Part shown: positions 23,897 through 36,030 of the stretch, in pieces
Layout of the letters: each line of letters starts with the position of its first letter
Numbering within the stretch: the first letter of the stretch is position 1
Source: Octopus bimaculoides
Taxonomy: Eukaryota
Length of the DNA: 64,000 bases
Assembly (NCBI RefSeq): GCF_001194135.2
Contig: NC_068990.1
Span: 78,922,799 to 78,986,798, forward strand
Reading direction: 5' to 3'
Notes under the pieces: generated by a model
Database searches by the model: none
The model's input: the letters and a program-made list of their open reading frames with translations, nothing else
What the model was told of the DNA's origin: nothing
Program-made: the position numbers and the translations under genes

Positions 23897-26290
23897 AGTC
23901 TCTTCTATTTTTTAATTATTATAAATCTTCCACTGAGGAGGGAGCCGGTTTCCAACAAAGATACAAGAATCCACCTTTGGGATGAAGTTAATACCGACAA
24001 ATTCACATTTGAAACTTGAGAAAAGTCTTGCATATTTTTACTGTTCCACTCACACATTGCACTTGTAATGTACAAATTAGTCGGTCCATTTTTCCTTCTG
24101 AGATTCTCCTTTAAGCATTCACTAACAAAACTTAGTGCTCCAATTATTATTTGTATGAATATGAATTCATAGTCTGGATACGGAAGCTGGAGGTTTCGAA
24201 ACAGTTGTCCATAGATATTTTTTCTTTGATTTTCAAAGATATATTTATATCTGCAGGGTAACTAACCTCTATGATGGCACATACCATTGCCCCTCTATCC
24301 CAAACAACAATATCCGGCCTGTTATGTTTACATTTGATAGAAGCTTTGATGGAAATATTCCACCAGTATTCCTTGAGTTGGTGTTTATAAATGTATTCCA
24401 TAACAGAGTGATTTTCTAAGTTTATTTCAGGACGGTCTTTTTTGCGGATGGCATTGTAAATTGTTTTAGCAACAATATCGTGCCGCATGGGGCGGTAGTA
24501 CCGTGACGACATTTTAGGACAGTTGCTAATCACATGCGTGATGTCTTCCACAGAAACATGACATAACCTACACATGCGGTTGCACCTTGGGATTACAAGA
24601 GCATCACTGTCTCTCTTATTCACCAGGTATTTTGTGGCAATCTCCTGTTCCTGGATTGCAAACGCGTAGCCCTCAAAGTGTGATGCGATGTAGTGGTCTT
24701 GTTCCCAAGAGAGGCTGCGCTTCGTGTCAATTCTATTGCCTTCTTCAAGCTTCCGGGCAACATACCCATGCATAGTCCTTTTTTTGTATGCTGAGTGCTT
24801 TACATCCAGATCTTCTCGGAGGTAAGAGAGCCCAGCTGTTTTGGGGGCTGTATAGGAGATCATCAGAAAGAGAGTGCTTCTTGAGGAGTTCACTGCCAAC
24901 TCATTCAATGTTGCTCACTTCACTTTTCAGCACTGCATTTATGTATTTATTTTTGCAGCTGATGTTTAGCAGGTGCTGCCTGAGTGATACCATAAGGTAT
25001 TCGAAGGCCGTTTGCACTGATCTCAGGCCTCTGCCACTTTCATTTCTTCTTAGGTAGAGCCTGTCAACATCACTGTATCGCTGGAAGTTTTCAGTTGTCA
25101 GGATTTTGCGGGTTTTGATATCTATGGAGTGGATTTCCTCTACAGACTAATCAAGTATCCCAAATGTTGGGATCAGCATGGGCACTGCAAATGCATTGTG
25201 GGATATTGCTTAGTTGTAAGAGGAGAGTTCTGACTGACATATTTTCCTGAGTCTAGTGTAATATTCTCTGGTCACTCTGTCTTTATTCACATGCCTTCAT
25301 ATGATACATTTTGGTCTATGCCTAGGTACTTGTAACATTCTTTGTGTGGAATGGCGGAGATAGAGAGACTGTTGATGCACAGGTTTGGGGTCTGGGGGAC
25401 TGACTTTGCTCATTCTATAACCAAATATGAACATTTCTATTGGCCAAATTGCATGCCTATATCAGCTGAAAATGTTGTTATTAATTCTAGTTGTTCTTTG
25501 GCATTGTTAACACTTTTAGCATAAATCTTCAGGTCGTCTACAAAGAAATTATGAGTTACATCGTTATTTCTAGCAGTCGAAGTTCCTAGCATGTAACCAT
25601 TGGTTTTCTGCAGTAGGGACGATAATGGATTCAGTGCCAAAATGAAAAGAAATATTTCCCTGGACTATTTCCTTTGAAATGCCTATAATATCAGAAACAA
25701 TTATTCTGTTCTCAGTTGTAAGGGTTGTCCATGTCTTTGTGAGTCTTTCAATAGCAGCAATTAAAATAGTAGGTACCTTTACCAGGTGCAGGCACTTCAA
25801 CAGCCATGAATGAAGGATAGACCCGAATGCCTTCTTATAGTCAAGCCATACTGTCACAAGGTTTCTGCGTTGTTTTTTTACTTCAGACAATAAACCTTTG
25901 TTTATTAAAAGTTGTTCGGCACGTCCCCACACTCCCTTCTTTTTTCCACTAGCCTGTTCATCAGTTACAGTGTTGCTTGACACACATTAGTCCTGGAGGA
26001 ATTGGTTGAGTCAACTTGTGTACAGTTTGTACATAATATTTAGGCAAACAATAGGCCTGTAGTTTCCTGCCATCTCGGTGATTTCATTTTTGGCAACAAG
26101 ATTTGTCCTTGCTGTAGCAAGCCAATTTGGTATATCAGTCTGACGGCCCATAGTCCTTTTGGACATATATATCAATTGGTTTCTATAAAATGTCAGCTTT
26201 TTGTACGAATATCCAACTATTAAGTCCCTTCCAGATGCCTCCCCATTCTGAAGTTTGCCTACTTCAGAATTGTGTATTTACGTGTATTTA
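23897..26290 (-). mobile_element. R4-like non-LTR retrotransposon, lineage 2, about 2.4 kb (RT, thumb, CCHC, RLE, 3' UTR), ending in (CATA)n
   Basis: NYRPIVCLNIMYKLYTS; WLDYKKAFGS; FFVDDLKIYA; CRLCHVSVEDITHVISNC; RHDIVAK; NRPDIVVWD..IIEVSYPAD; C-terminus SGTVKICKTFLKFQM* at 24003. Confidence 0.92.
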
Positions 26291-26309
26291 CGTGTTGTGA
26301 CCCTGAATC

Positions 26310-26585
26310 GAAGTCAGTCATGTTCTTAATTCTTTTAGTAAATGATCTCTGGGGTGAATCAGTTTTCGAAATGTTTTGTTTTGTATAAGGAGACCACAGG
26401 GGGCAGCACTATTCAAGGTGTGGCTGTACAAAGGAGATGAAAAGAGGAATGATGACACCTTGTTCGCTGGACCGGAATGTTCTTAGGATCCAGGACGTCA
26501 CCCTACGAGCTATATTGACCTTATTGACCATATGGGTCCTCCAGCTGTGATTATTATTAACAATTGCTCCTAGGTCTTTGATATT
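26310..26585 (-). mobile_element. CR1/L2-group LINE fragment (same family as 11850-13180)
   Basis: Clear nucleotide similarity to 12350-12610; encodes QPHLE.CCPLWSP..DSPQRSFTKRI. Confidence 0.85.
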
Positions 26586-26649
26586 ATTATTATATATAAA
26601 TTATATTATATATTATATATATAAATACATACATACATATATATATATA

Positions 26650-26880
26650 TATACTCTTTTACTCTTTTACTTGTTTCAGTCATTTGACTGTGGCCATGCT
26701 GGAGCACCACCTTTAGTCGAGTAAATCGACCCCAGGACTTATTCTTTAGATGCCTAGTACTTATTCTATCGGTCTCTTTTTGCCGAACCGCTAAGTTACG
26801 GGGACGTAAACACACCACCATCGGTTGTCAAGCGATGTTTGGGGGACAAACACACACACACACACACACATACACACACA
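26650..26880 (-). mobile_element. SINE family D, 3' half
   Basis: Reverse complement of ..cttgacaaccgatggtggtgtgtttacgtccccgtaacttagcggttcggcaaaagagaccgatagaataagtactagg..ggtgctccagcatggccacagtcaaatgactgaaacaagtaaaag. Confidence 0.88.
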
Positions 26881-26916
<36 letters not shown>

Positions 26917-27243
26917 NNNNNNNNNNNNNNNNNNNNNNNNNNNNNNNNNNNNNNNNNNNNNNNNNNNNNNNNNNNNNNNNNNNNNNNNNNNNNNNNNNNN
27001 NNNNNNNNNNNNNNNNNNNNNNNNNNNNNNNNNNNNNNNNNNNNNNNNNNNNNNNNNNNNNNNNNNNNNNNNNNNNNNNNNNNNNNNNNNNNNNNNNNNN
27101 NNNNNNNNNNNNNNNNNNNNNNNNNNNNNNNNNNNNNNNNNNNNNNNNNNNNNNNNNNNNNNNNNNNNNNNNNNNNNNNNNNNNNNNNNNNNNNNNNNNN
27201 NNNNNNNNNNNNNNNNNNNNNNNNNNNNNNNNNNNNNNNNNNN

Positions 27244-27294
<51 letters not shown>

Positions 27295-27689
27295 CATATG
27301 TATTTATATATGTATATTTATAGATAGATAAATAGATATATAAATATATACATACATATATATATATATGCATATATATTTGTACGTATGTATATATATC
27401 GCTCATATATGTGTGTTCGTGTATGTATGTTTGTATATACACATATATGTGTACGTTTGTATACACCTATATAAGTGCATATTCATCTATACAAGCCTAA
27501 CTCACAAACAATACACGTAATAACAGGATTTTTCGCCCAATAAATAACACCGAAGTTAAGTTCAACTTCCTTCCCACTCCCATACCTATTCTCTTAATTG
27601 ATTTAATTAAACCTTGAAACATATTTACAGCAACAACACCCCCCTCCTTCATTACCACCCTTTCCTCTTTTTCTATTTTGGTTTGTGAT

Positions 27690-27879
27690 GCTCATCATCA
27701 CCATCACAATCATTACTACCAGCAACAACTGCAACAGAAGTAACAGCAGCAATACATTATAGTCATCGACATGACTAGCATCACAATTGTTTTCCTTCTC
27801 TCGTTTATCACCATCATCACCATCACTATCGCCATCATCATCATAATTACCATCCCCATCATCATCATCATCATCATCA

Positions 27880-27949
<70 letters not shown>

Positions 27950-27957
27950 CGTCGTCG

Positions 27958-27992
<35 letters not shown>

Positions 27993-28142
27993 GATCACGC
28001 TTATCATCGTGCCCAACAACAACCGAATACATATCGATTATAGACATTATCTCAGTCAACACCCTTCATTGTTTCTGGTTTTCAAATTTGATTTTATCAA
28101 TAAAATAATTAATAATAAGCATACGATAATAACAGTATACTA

Positions 28143-28190
<48 letters not shown>

Positions 28191-28365
28191 CCACTACTAC
28201 TATTATTATTATTATTATTATTATCGAGTGTGTACCAAGACAAAACAATGTACATGATTACATTTCCACTGCCTGGTACTACATCAAGGGATTTATAATA
28301 ATAATAATAATAATGATGACGATGATGATGATGATGATAATAATAATAATAATAATGATAATAAT
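27690..28365. repeat. Compound trinucleotide arrays (ATC/GTC/TAC/TGC/TAT/GAT/AAT)
   Basis: Read directly; source of poly-D, poly-M and poly-I ORFs. Confidence 0.95.
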
Positions 28366-29612
28366 GTGGAGTACTTACGCAGACTGAGACTGATCCTTAA
28401 GTCGAAATTAAACGGACAAAATAAGATCGAAGTTATCAACACCTGGGTGGTTTCACTCCTTAAATATGGAACAGAGATAATCGCATGGACAGTAGACGAA
28501 CTAAACAGCTTAGACAGAAAGACAAGGAAGTTGCTTACTAGATATGGGACACTCCACCCAAAAAGTGACACAGACAGACTGTATGTACCAAGAAAAAGAG
28601 GAGGAAGAGGACTTATTGGATGCGGACACACCGTTAGTGCAGAAGAAAACGACATAGCATGGTATTTAAAAAATACCACAGAACCGCTATTATTAGAAGT
28701 CAGGCTTGTGTAGGATGTAAGATTGCAAAGATAAAGCACTATACAAGAAATTGAAAACGATTGAAACTGAAAATAAGTGGGTAAAGAAAAGAATGCATGA
28801 TCAATTTCATAGGGATGTTGAAGATAAGACAGACGAAGAAAAAAGATGGCTGTGGATGACTAAAAGTGATTTAAAACCGGAAACGGAGGCTGTAATCTGT
28901 GCTGCCCAAGAGCAAGCACTAAGAACAAACTACATAAAATAGAGAATAGACAACACATCAAAAAGTGATAAGTGCAGAATCTGTAGGCAAAACGGTGAAA
29001 CCGTATGGCATATTACTAGCCAATGTACGCCACTAGCCCAGAAGGAATATAAGAGACGCCACGACAATATAGCCAGGCTTATCCATTGGACACTCTGCAA
29101 CAAGTATGGACTTGACAGAGCAAAAAATTGGTATGACCACAAACCTGAAGGCATCGTCAAACATAGAAATGCAAAGATCCTATGGAATTTTATGATTCAG
29201 TGCAGCCATGAGATAGAGAATAGGAAGCCAAACATAGTCTTAATTGAGAAAGAAAGCAAACTATGCTGGATCATAGATATAGCATACCCAGCTGACAACA
29301 AGGTATGCGATAAGGAAGAAAGAAAAGTCGAGAGATATGACAGGTTAGCTTGGGAGGTAAATCAGTTGTGGTCGATGAAAAAGGTAGTAGTAATACCAAT
29401 AATTGTCAGAGCCCTGGGAACAGTGAGCAAAATCTCGAGAAGTACGTGGAGAAATTAGGGGCTGCAATAAGAGTGGAGCACTTGCAGAAAACAACACTGC
29501 TTTGAACCGCTCGAATATTCCGGAAGGTGCTCGAAAAATAGGTGTTACCTTAGTTCAATGGTAGTGAACAGCTGACACTGTAGTACATCTCCAGTGTTAG
29601 AAGCTGTGAAAA
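28366..29612 (+). mobile_element. R4/Dong-like element, 5'-truncated (thumb, CCHC, RLE, UTR), flanked on both sides by (AAT)n
   Basis: LRRLRLILKSKLNGQNKI; LHPKSDTDRLYVPRKRGGRGL; PETEAVICAAQEQALRTNY; CRIC..ETVWHITSQC; RKPNIVL..IIDIAYPAD. Confidence 0.95.
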
Positions 29613-29674
29613 GGCAACAACAACAGCAGTAGCAGCAGCAGCAACAATAATAATAATAATTATTATTATTATTA

Positions 29675-31232
29675 TCATTCGCTAGTCTTATTTTTATCAC
29701 TTGCTTTCACTGCACTACCGAGCGTAGCTCTGTGTGCCCTGGGTATGAGCTATGGTTTGTTGTGATGTCTTGTAGTTACTGTATTGAAAGTGTATTGCGT
29801 AGGATGTGTGCTGTGCCTAGTAGTGCTATTTTTTGTGTTATATATATTTGTTAGTCTTGGTGTTTTTGTTATATATTTTTCTGAATATTTTTTATCATAC
29901 CTAATGCACCCACTATGATGGGAATTGTTTCTGTTTTTAGATTCCACATTCAAGTTACGTCTATTTCCTGGTCTTTGTATTTTGAAAGTTTCTCCATTTC
30001 TTTTAGAGAAACGTTGCCATTTGCTGGTATTGATGTATAAATTAGAAAGTATTTTTTTCTTGATAATCTCTGACTACTATATCCGGCCTGTTGGCCTTAA
30101 TTTCTCCATCTGTGTGTATTGGCATAGTATGGTTGTTTTCTCGTTTTGTGTGACCTTTTCTGGCGTGTGCCTCTACCATCTTTTGTTTGTTGTCATTCCA
30201 TAGTGTATATAGATCCCAGCTCTGTCGTGTCTGTGAATATATTCCTTCTTAGTCAGGACTAGGCAGTCAGAGACAATAAGGTTTGTTATTTCTTGTCCAT
30301 CTCCACATATTCTGCAGTTACTTATGTTTCTTTTCGTTATATGTTTTTAGTAATTTCTAGTGGAGAGGCTTTGGGCTTGTGCTGCAATTAAAAATTCTTC
30401 AGTCTCTGCTTTAAGTCCTAAGCTTTTCAGCCATTGTTGGGATTTTGCTTTGTCTATTTCTTTTGCATTTAGTTTAACCCAGTATTTGCCATGGAGGGGC
30501 TTTTCTTGCCATCGTTTTATCATGATCCGTTGCTGTTCCAGTTTTAGTTTGGATTTCATTTGTCTTACAGCTTTTGTTGTTTCTCCTTTTTTTTCATAGT
30601 TGTTAGTTACTATGACTTCTTTTTTGTAATTGTCAGCTTCGTTAAAGACTGAAAACAGTTTTATTTTGTTTTGTTTGTGTTTTGTGGCTATTTGTATTAG
30701 TTTTCCTTGCTTCTGAAGTAAGTAGTTTTTTAGTCCTGGTTATTTTGCAATAGTTTTCTAGCTGTATAAGGCCTTTACCTCCTTCTGTACGTTGTATATA
30801 TAACCTTTCTATGTCAGATTTTGTGTTTTCCTGTCTGTTTTGATTAGTTCATTTAGTATCCAGTTAAGGATATTGTAGCTGTAACTTATAACTAGGACGG
30901 TTAGAGTGTTGATACTTATTATCTTGTTTTTCGCATTGAGCTCTGTTTTCAGTATTAATCTAACTCGTCAACAGTATTCTTTTTTAAATTTTTTCTTTCA
31001 TTCGTGTGTGATGTATCCTATCTAGTTCATTGATTCCTAAATATTTGTATGTCTGGCTTTGGTCTAATTCTCTTATTTCATTTGCTCCATCTCGTGTGAT
31101 TTGCTATTCTTAACTAGTTTCCCTCTTTTCAAGGTTGCTTTAGCACATTTTTCAAGACCAAATTTCATGTTTATTTCTTTTGTAAATCCATGTACTGCCT
31201 GTAGTGTTTCCAGCTCTTTATAATTTGTACCG
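29675..31232 (-). mobile_element. R4/Dong-like element, 5'-truncated, (AAT)n on both sides, tail-to-tail with the previous element
   Basis: MKFGLEKCAKATL; TYKYLGI; WQEKPLHGKY; AETEEFLIAAQAQSLSTRNY; CRICG; HRHDR; LQKIALLGTAHILRNTLS. Confidence 0.92.
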
Positions 31233-31237
31233 TATTA

Positions 31238-31623
<386 letters not shown>

Positions 31624-31689
31624 GCGGCGAGCTGGCAGAATTGTTTACGCGTCGGACGAAATGCTTAGCGGCATTCTGCATTTCGGGTC

Positions 31690-32295
31690 AGTGCCATCGT
31701 TCATTATTTTGTTGTGGTAAGCTCTGGTTGCCAAGCTTTGATCTTTTGCTGCTATGATAAAACCTCCTGAGCTCTTCATCCATACATGAGTGTCTCGTTT
31801 TTCTACGTCTGGTTTGTTCACTCTACCTGGGTATCAGCCATGCATCGGTTTTTCTAGCCATTCTTCTTTGCTCTTCTTCTGGGCTTATTATTTCATCTCT
31901 TCCTTAACTCTTTTAGCAAACTAGGTTACTTTCTCACTCACCTTCATCCTAGGTTCCTCCGTTATCAGTTGTTTCTTAAACTGTACAGATTCTTTGTATA
32001 CCGAGTATAGCTTCTTTACTTTATCATGCTGGTGCACAAGCTTCATTAGAGGATCTTTTGACAGCTCAATATATGTATTTAATCCTACAGTGGTGGTTTT
32101 GTAAGATAATTCTAATTGAGTTAGACCTCTTCCTCCCATGCTCAGGTCTCCATATTCATCAATCTTTTCTTTTTCTTTCATGATGATATGTTGATCTCCT
32201 GACACTGCTACGTCGACTATTAGGTACTCCTGTTTGTTCCTCCTAAAGGTTACCATATCCGGCCTTTGGGGCTCTAAAACTTTGTGTGACACTAA
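31690..32295 (-). mobile_element. Two fused R4/Dong-like fragments (RLE piece followed by thumb piece)
   Basis: QRPDMVTF..IVDVAVSGD..KEKEKIDEYGDL joined to GGRGLTQLELSYKTTTVGL..EKPMHG..GFIIAAKDQSLATRAY; 5' flank is (AAT)n. Confidence 0.85.
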
Positions 32296-32370
<75 letters not shown>

Positions 32371-32539
32371 GTCTTTCTACAGCTTCTAACGCTNNNNNNN
32401 NNNTGTTGTTATTGATACATCGCTTATTATTATCATTATTACCAGTTGGACCCGTGAAAAATTCACGGTAAACATAAAAAATGTAAGCATCTGTAAAGAG
32501 TGTACTGGTGGCATGAGAAATGCTTGTATATTATGACCG

Positions 32540-32670
32540 TCTGTCTTTATGTTCTGAGTTCAAATTCTGCCGAGGTCAACTTTACCCTTCGTCCTTTCGG
32601 AGTCGATAAATTAAGTACCAGTTGTGTATTGGTCCCCTCCCCACAAAAATTTCAGGCCTAGAAAAGTATA
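32540..32670 (+). mobile_element. SINE family C, partial
   Basis: gtctttatgttctgagttcaaattctgccgaggtcaactttacc..gataaattaagtaccagttg. Confidence 0.8.
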
Positions 32671-32844
32671 TTGTGACAGTTACAGAATATAGAAAGTAAC
32701 GTAACACCAATGACTATATAATCCAACCAAAATATCTCAGTTACACAAACGTAAATGGAATTACTATTTAACCTTAAAATACATCATACATATTCAAAGA
32801 CCCTTTTTGGTTTAGTGGTATGGAACGTTTTTCTGGTATTCTTT

Positions 32845-33045
32845 TATTCTTTTACTTGTTTCAGTCATTTCATGATGGCCATGCTGGAGCACCACCCTTT
32901 AGTCGAAGAAATTTGACCCCTGGACTTATTTCCTGTAAGCCTGGTGCTTATTCTATCAGTCTCTTCTGCTGAACAGTTAAATTACAGAGACGCAAACGCA
33001 CCAACATCGGTTGTCCAGCAATGGTGGTGGCGGGACAAGCTCAGA
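32845..33045 (-). mobile_element. SINE family D, 3' half
   Basis: Homologous to 26650-26880. Confidence 0.8.
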
Positions 33046-33149
33046 CACACACACTCACACACACACATACATACTTACACACACACACAAACACATACGT
33101 ACTTATACACACACAAACACACACATATGACGAGCTCGGAGGTAGTGGT

Positions 33150-33480
33150 GATGTTGGCTGGTGCGATTTTATGGTTTGCTGGTATGCCAAGAGAGATCCA
33201 GTGGGCCCCTAACTGGTTCCCTGATCTTAAACGTGTAATGTGGATGTATAATGATGGAGCGGCTGGTGTGGTGGTGATGCTAGCTGGTGCGGTGATCTTC
33301 CTCACAGTATTTCATGGTAGACAATATTTTGCGTGTATGTCACACCACGTTTTTGGCCTTGTCTGTTATCCTGCTCTTGAAAATGCGACATATAATTGGC
33401 CATGAGAAAATACTGGTTGAGGCAAATGTATTCAAACTTTTTCAAATGTTTGCCCTTCAGCCTTATTAATTGTCATTGAA
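33150..33480 (+). mobile_element. Probable very degenerate Tc1/mariner-superfamily transposase C-terminal remnant
   Basis: WAPNWFPDL resembles WPPNSPDL, and LVEANV resembles VEANG about 215 bp downstream, roughly the expected spacing. Confidence 0.4.
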
Positions 33481-33616
33481 TATGCAAGTCGAGGTAGAAA
33501 CTGAAGTCTGTTTAGTGTGAATGGAATATTTGTATCACTACGTACAGGTACGTACAAAAACAAAAGGTTAGCGTAATATTATTATTATTATTATTGTTGT
33601 TGTTGTTGTTGTTGTG

Positions 33617-33905
33617 AAGGCGCATGACTCGGTGGTTACGATCCTGAGGTTGTGAGTTCGATTCACGGACCGGGCTGCGTGTTGTGTTCTTGAGCAAGAC
33701 ACTTTATTTCACGTTGCTCCAGTTCATTCAGCTGTAGAAATGAGTTGCGACGTCACTAGTTCCAAGCTGTATCGGCCTATTTATTTTTCCTTTGGATAAC
33801 ATCAGTGGTGTGTAGAGGGGAGGCTGGCATGCATGGGCGACACTTGGCCTTCCATCAAACAACCTTGCCCGGACTTGTGCCTGGGAGGGTAACTTTCTAA
33901 GTGCA
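33617..33905 (+). mobile_element. tRNA-derived SINE family A
   Basis: Head with B-box-like gagttcgattc; central ttgagcaagacactttatttcacgttgctccagttcattcagctg, shared with family B. Confidence 0.8.
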
Positions 33906-33954
33906 NNNNNNNNNNTATTATTATTATTATTATTGTTATTATTATTATTATTAT

Positions 33955-34166
33955 TAAGGCGGCGACCTTGCAGAGCAGTTAGCTCGCAGAACAAAATGCT
34001 CAGTGGCATTTCGTCCGTCGTTACGTTCTGACTTCAATTTCCGCCGAGGTTGATTTTGCCTTTCATCCTTTCAGTGTCGATAAAATTAAGTACCAGTTGC
34101 ATACTGAGGTCGATGTAATCGACTAGACTCCTCCCCACAATTTCTGGCCATGTGCCTATAGCAGAG

Positions 34167-34170
<4 letters not shown>
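33955..34170 (+). mobile_element. SINE family C within (ATT)n
   Basis: Full-length match to 47897-48112; (ATT)n on both sides. Confidence 0.88.
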
Positions 34171-34199
<29 letters not shown>

Positions 34200-34278
34200 G
34201 TTGTTGTTGTTGTTGTTGTTGTTGTTATCATTATTAGCATTTTTATTATCATTATTATTATCATCATTATTTTTATTA

Positions 34279-34309
<31 letters not shown>

Positions 34310-34353
34310 CATTATTATTCAGTAGTTTTATTTTTAGAGCGTGCTTTAACTTC

Positions 34354-34401
<48 letters not shown>

Positions 34402-34403
<2 letters not shown>

Positions 34404-34530
34404 GTTTGACTTTTGTTTTGCATTTGTACAAGTTGGATCCAAGTCTCACCCAGAGACCTCAAGAGACAACAAGTTAGAAGTTCATGTAGGTGTTATGCCT
34501 AGGGTACCATATATTTGGATTTGTACAGTT
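34402..34530 (-). mobile_element. About 130-bp 3' terminus of an R4/Dong-like element, embedded in (AAT)n on both sides
   Basis: Minus strand IYGTLGIT (cf. IIGALG) followed by UTR-like cttgttgtctcttgaggtctctgggtgagacttgg..aaaagtcaaacat, then aataataat. Confidence 0.65.
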
Positions 34531-34846
34531 TATTATTATTATTATTACTATCATTATTATTATGATTACAGCACATTTTCATTCAATAGTCAACAAAATT
34601 ATTGCATTATAACATCAACCTTAGAGAAAATATTTAATTACACATTACTTCTGTTAAATAAATCTGTGAGCGTTTTTAATCCATTCATTCTAATTGTCTG
34701 TTTGTGTGTGTGTGTGTGTATGTGTGTGAGCGTGTGTGTGTGTGAGAGAGAGAGAGCGTGTGTGTGTGTGTGTAAGTATATTCTCTNNNNNNNNNNNNNN
34801 NNNNCCGCGCACCACACACACACACACACACACACGCCCCCGCGCA

Positions 34847-34878
<32 letters not shown>

Positions 34879-34881
<3 letters not shown>

Positions 34882-35073
34882 GCCAGCGTTATTGAGTAAG
34901 GATATCTATTTTATTGGATTTTCCATATTTCTCGATACATCAACAGATATTCTAACTTGGCATTTTTTCATCACAACAAAATATACATACATATACACAC
35001 ACATATCCATCCATCCATCCATCCATCCATCCATTCATCCATCCATATATACAAGTATGTGTGTGTGTGTGTT

Positions 35074-35113
<40 letters not shown>

Positions 35114-35328
35114 TATCTATGTATCTGTCTGTCTATATCTATCTGCCTATCTGTCTCTCTATTGGTCCGTCTGTCTGTCTGTCTGTCCGTCTGTCTATTT
35201 GCAATGTTTGTGTGTGTGTATATATTTCGTTGTGATGAAAAAATGCCAAGTTGGAATATCTGTTGATGTATCTAGAAATATGGAAAAAACCAATAAAATA
35301 GATATCCTTACTCAATAACGCTGGCTTT
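34879..35328. repeat. Inverted repeat: about 110-bp arms (few mismatches) around a microsatellite loop, extended by outer (CA)n/(GT)n
   Basis: aaagccagcgttattgagtaaggatatc..catcacaac versus its reverse complement at about 35220-35328. Confidence 0.93.
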
Positions 35329-35949
35329 GTGTGTGTGTGTGTGTGTGTGTGTAATAATGTTTTTAATGTGTTTGTCTCTTGCATAAACTTCAGGCATTTG
35401 CACAGAGAATATGCATATATTATTTTATCGACTCGAAAAAATGAAAGGCAAAGTGGATCACAGCGGAATTTGAACTTGGAATATAAAAACGGATGAAAGC
35501 ATCAAAATATATACATGCCTAGTAATTACTTATTCTTCCATGGAGACTTCAAAGTTTTGGTTTGCCAGCTCTCATTTGACTCTTCTTTGGTTTGGTTTAT
35601 AAGGGAAGAAAAGGTTCATGATACCGGCAGAGTATCACCTTCTCCCATTATAATTATTTTCTGTCTTAAGGATCTGGAAGGCGAAAGAAGCTCACGAGCT
35701 TCTTGTGTTCCGTTCCCGGTGTCCATCTTCATGGCAGCGCATGGCTTGTGATATCTCCACTCACGTGAGGTACATTACCTCTGGAGAATAACAGATGTGG
35801 TTAGAGCGGGTTAGAGTCCGCTGCAGCTGCCTGCTTCGTAGTGTCCCTCAGCATAATCGAGTTGGAGAAGACTAAGAAGTTGAACGTCTTTCGCACCTGC
35901 TTAAGTAGCCGTTGTCGAGGAGAGCCTCGTTGTGGTGTCGCGCATGGCA

Positions 35950-36030
35950 AACGGTTGTACGCGAGATCTCGCTCTTGTCTCGGGCAAGATAATGGCTGCC
36001 AGCGAGATCTCGTACAAAATGGCGCTCGCT
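35950..36030. promoter_or_regulatory. CpG-rich palindromic element with YY1-like motifs (candidate promoter)
   Basis: Two CGAGATCTCG palindromes in an inverted arrangement; AATGGCTGCC and AAAATGGCG. Confidence 0.35.

Noticed and set aside
32944-33405. Hydrophobic ORF with a repeated VVVMLAGA motif, resembling a small membrane protein
   Set aside because: The start lies in SINE/microsatellite DNA, and WAPNWFPDL plus VEAN spacing fit a Tc1/mariner remnant; the three synonymous-looking differences are too few to infer selection
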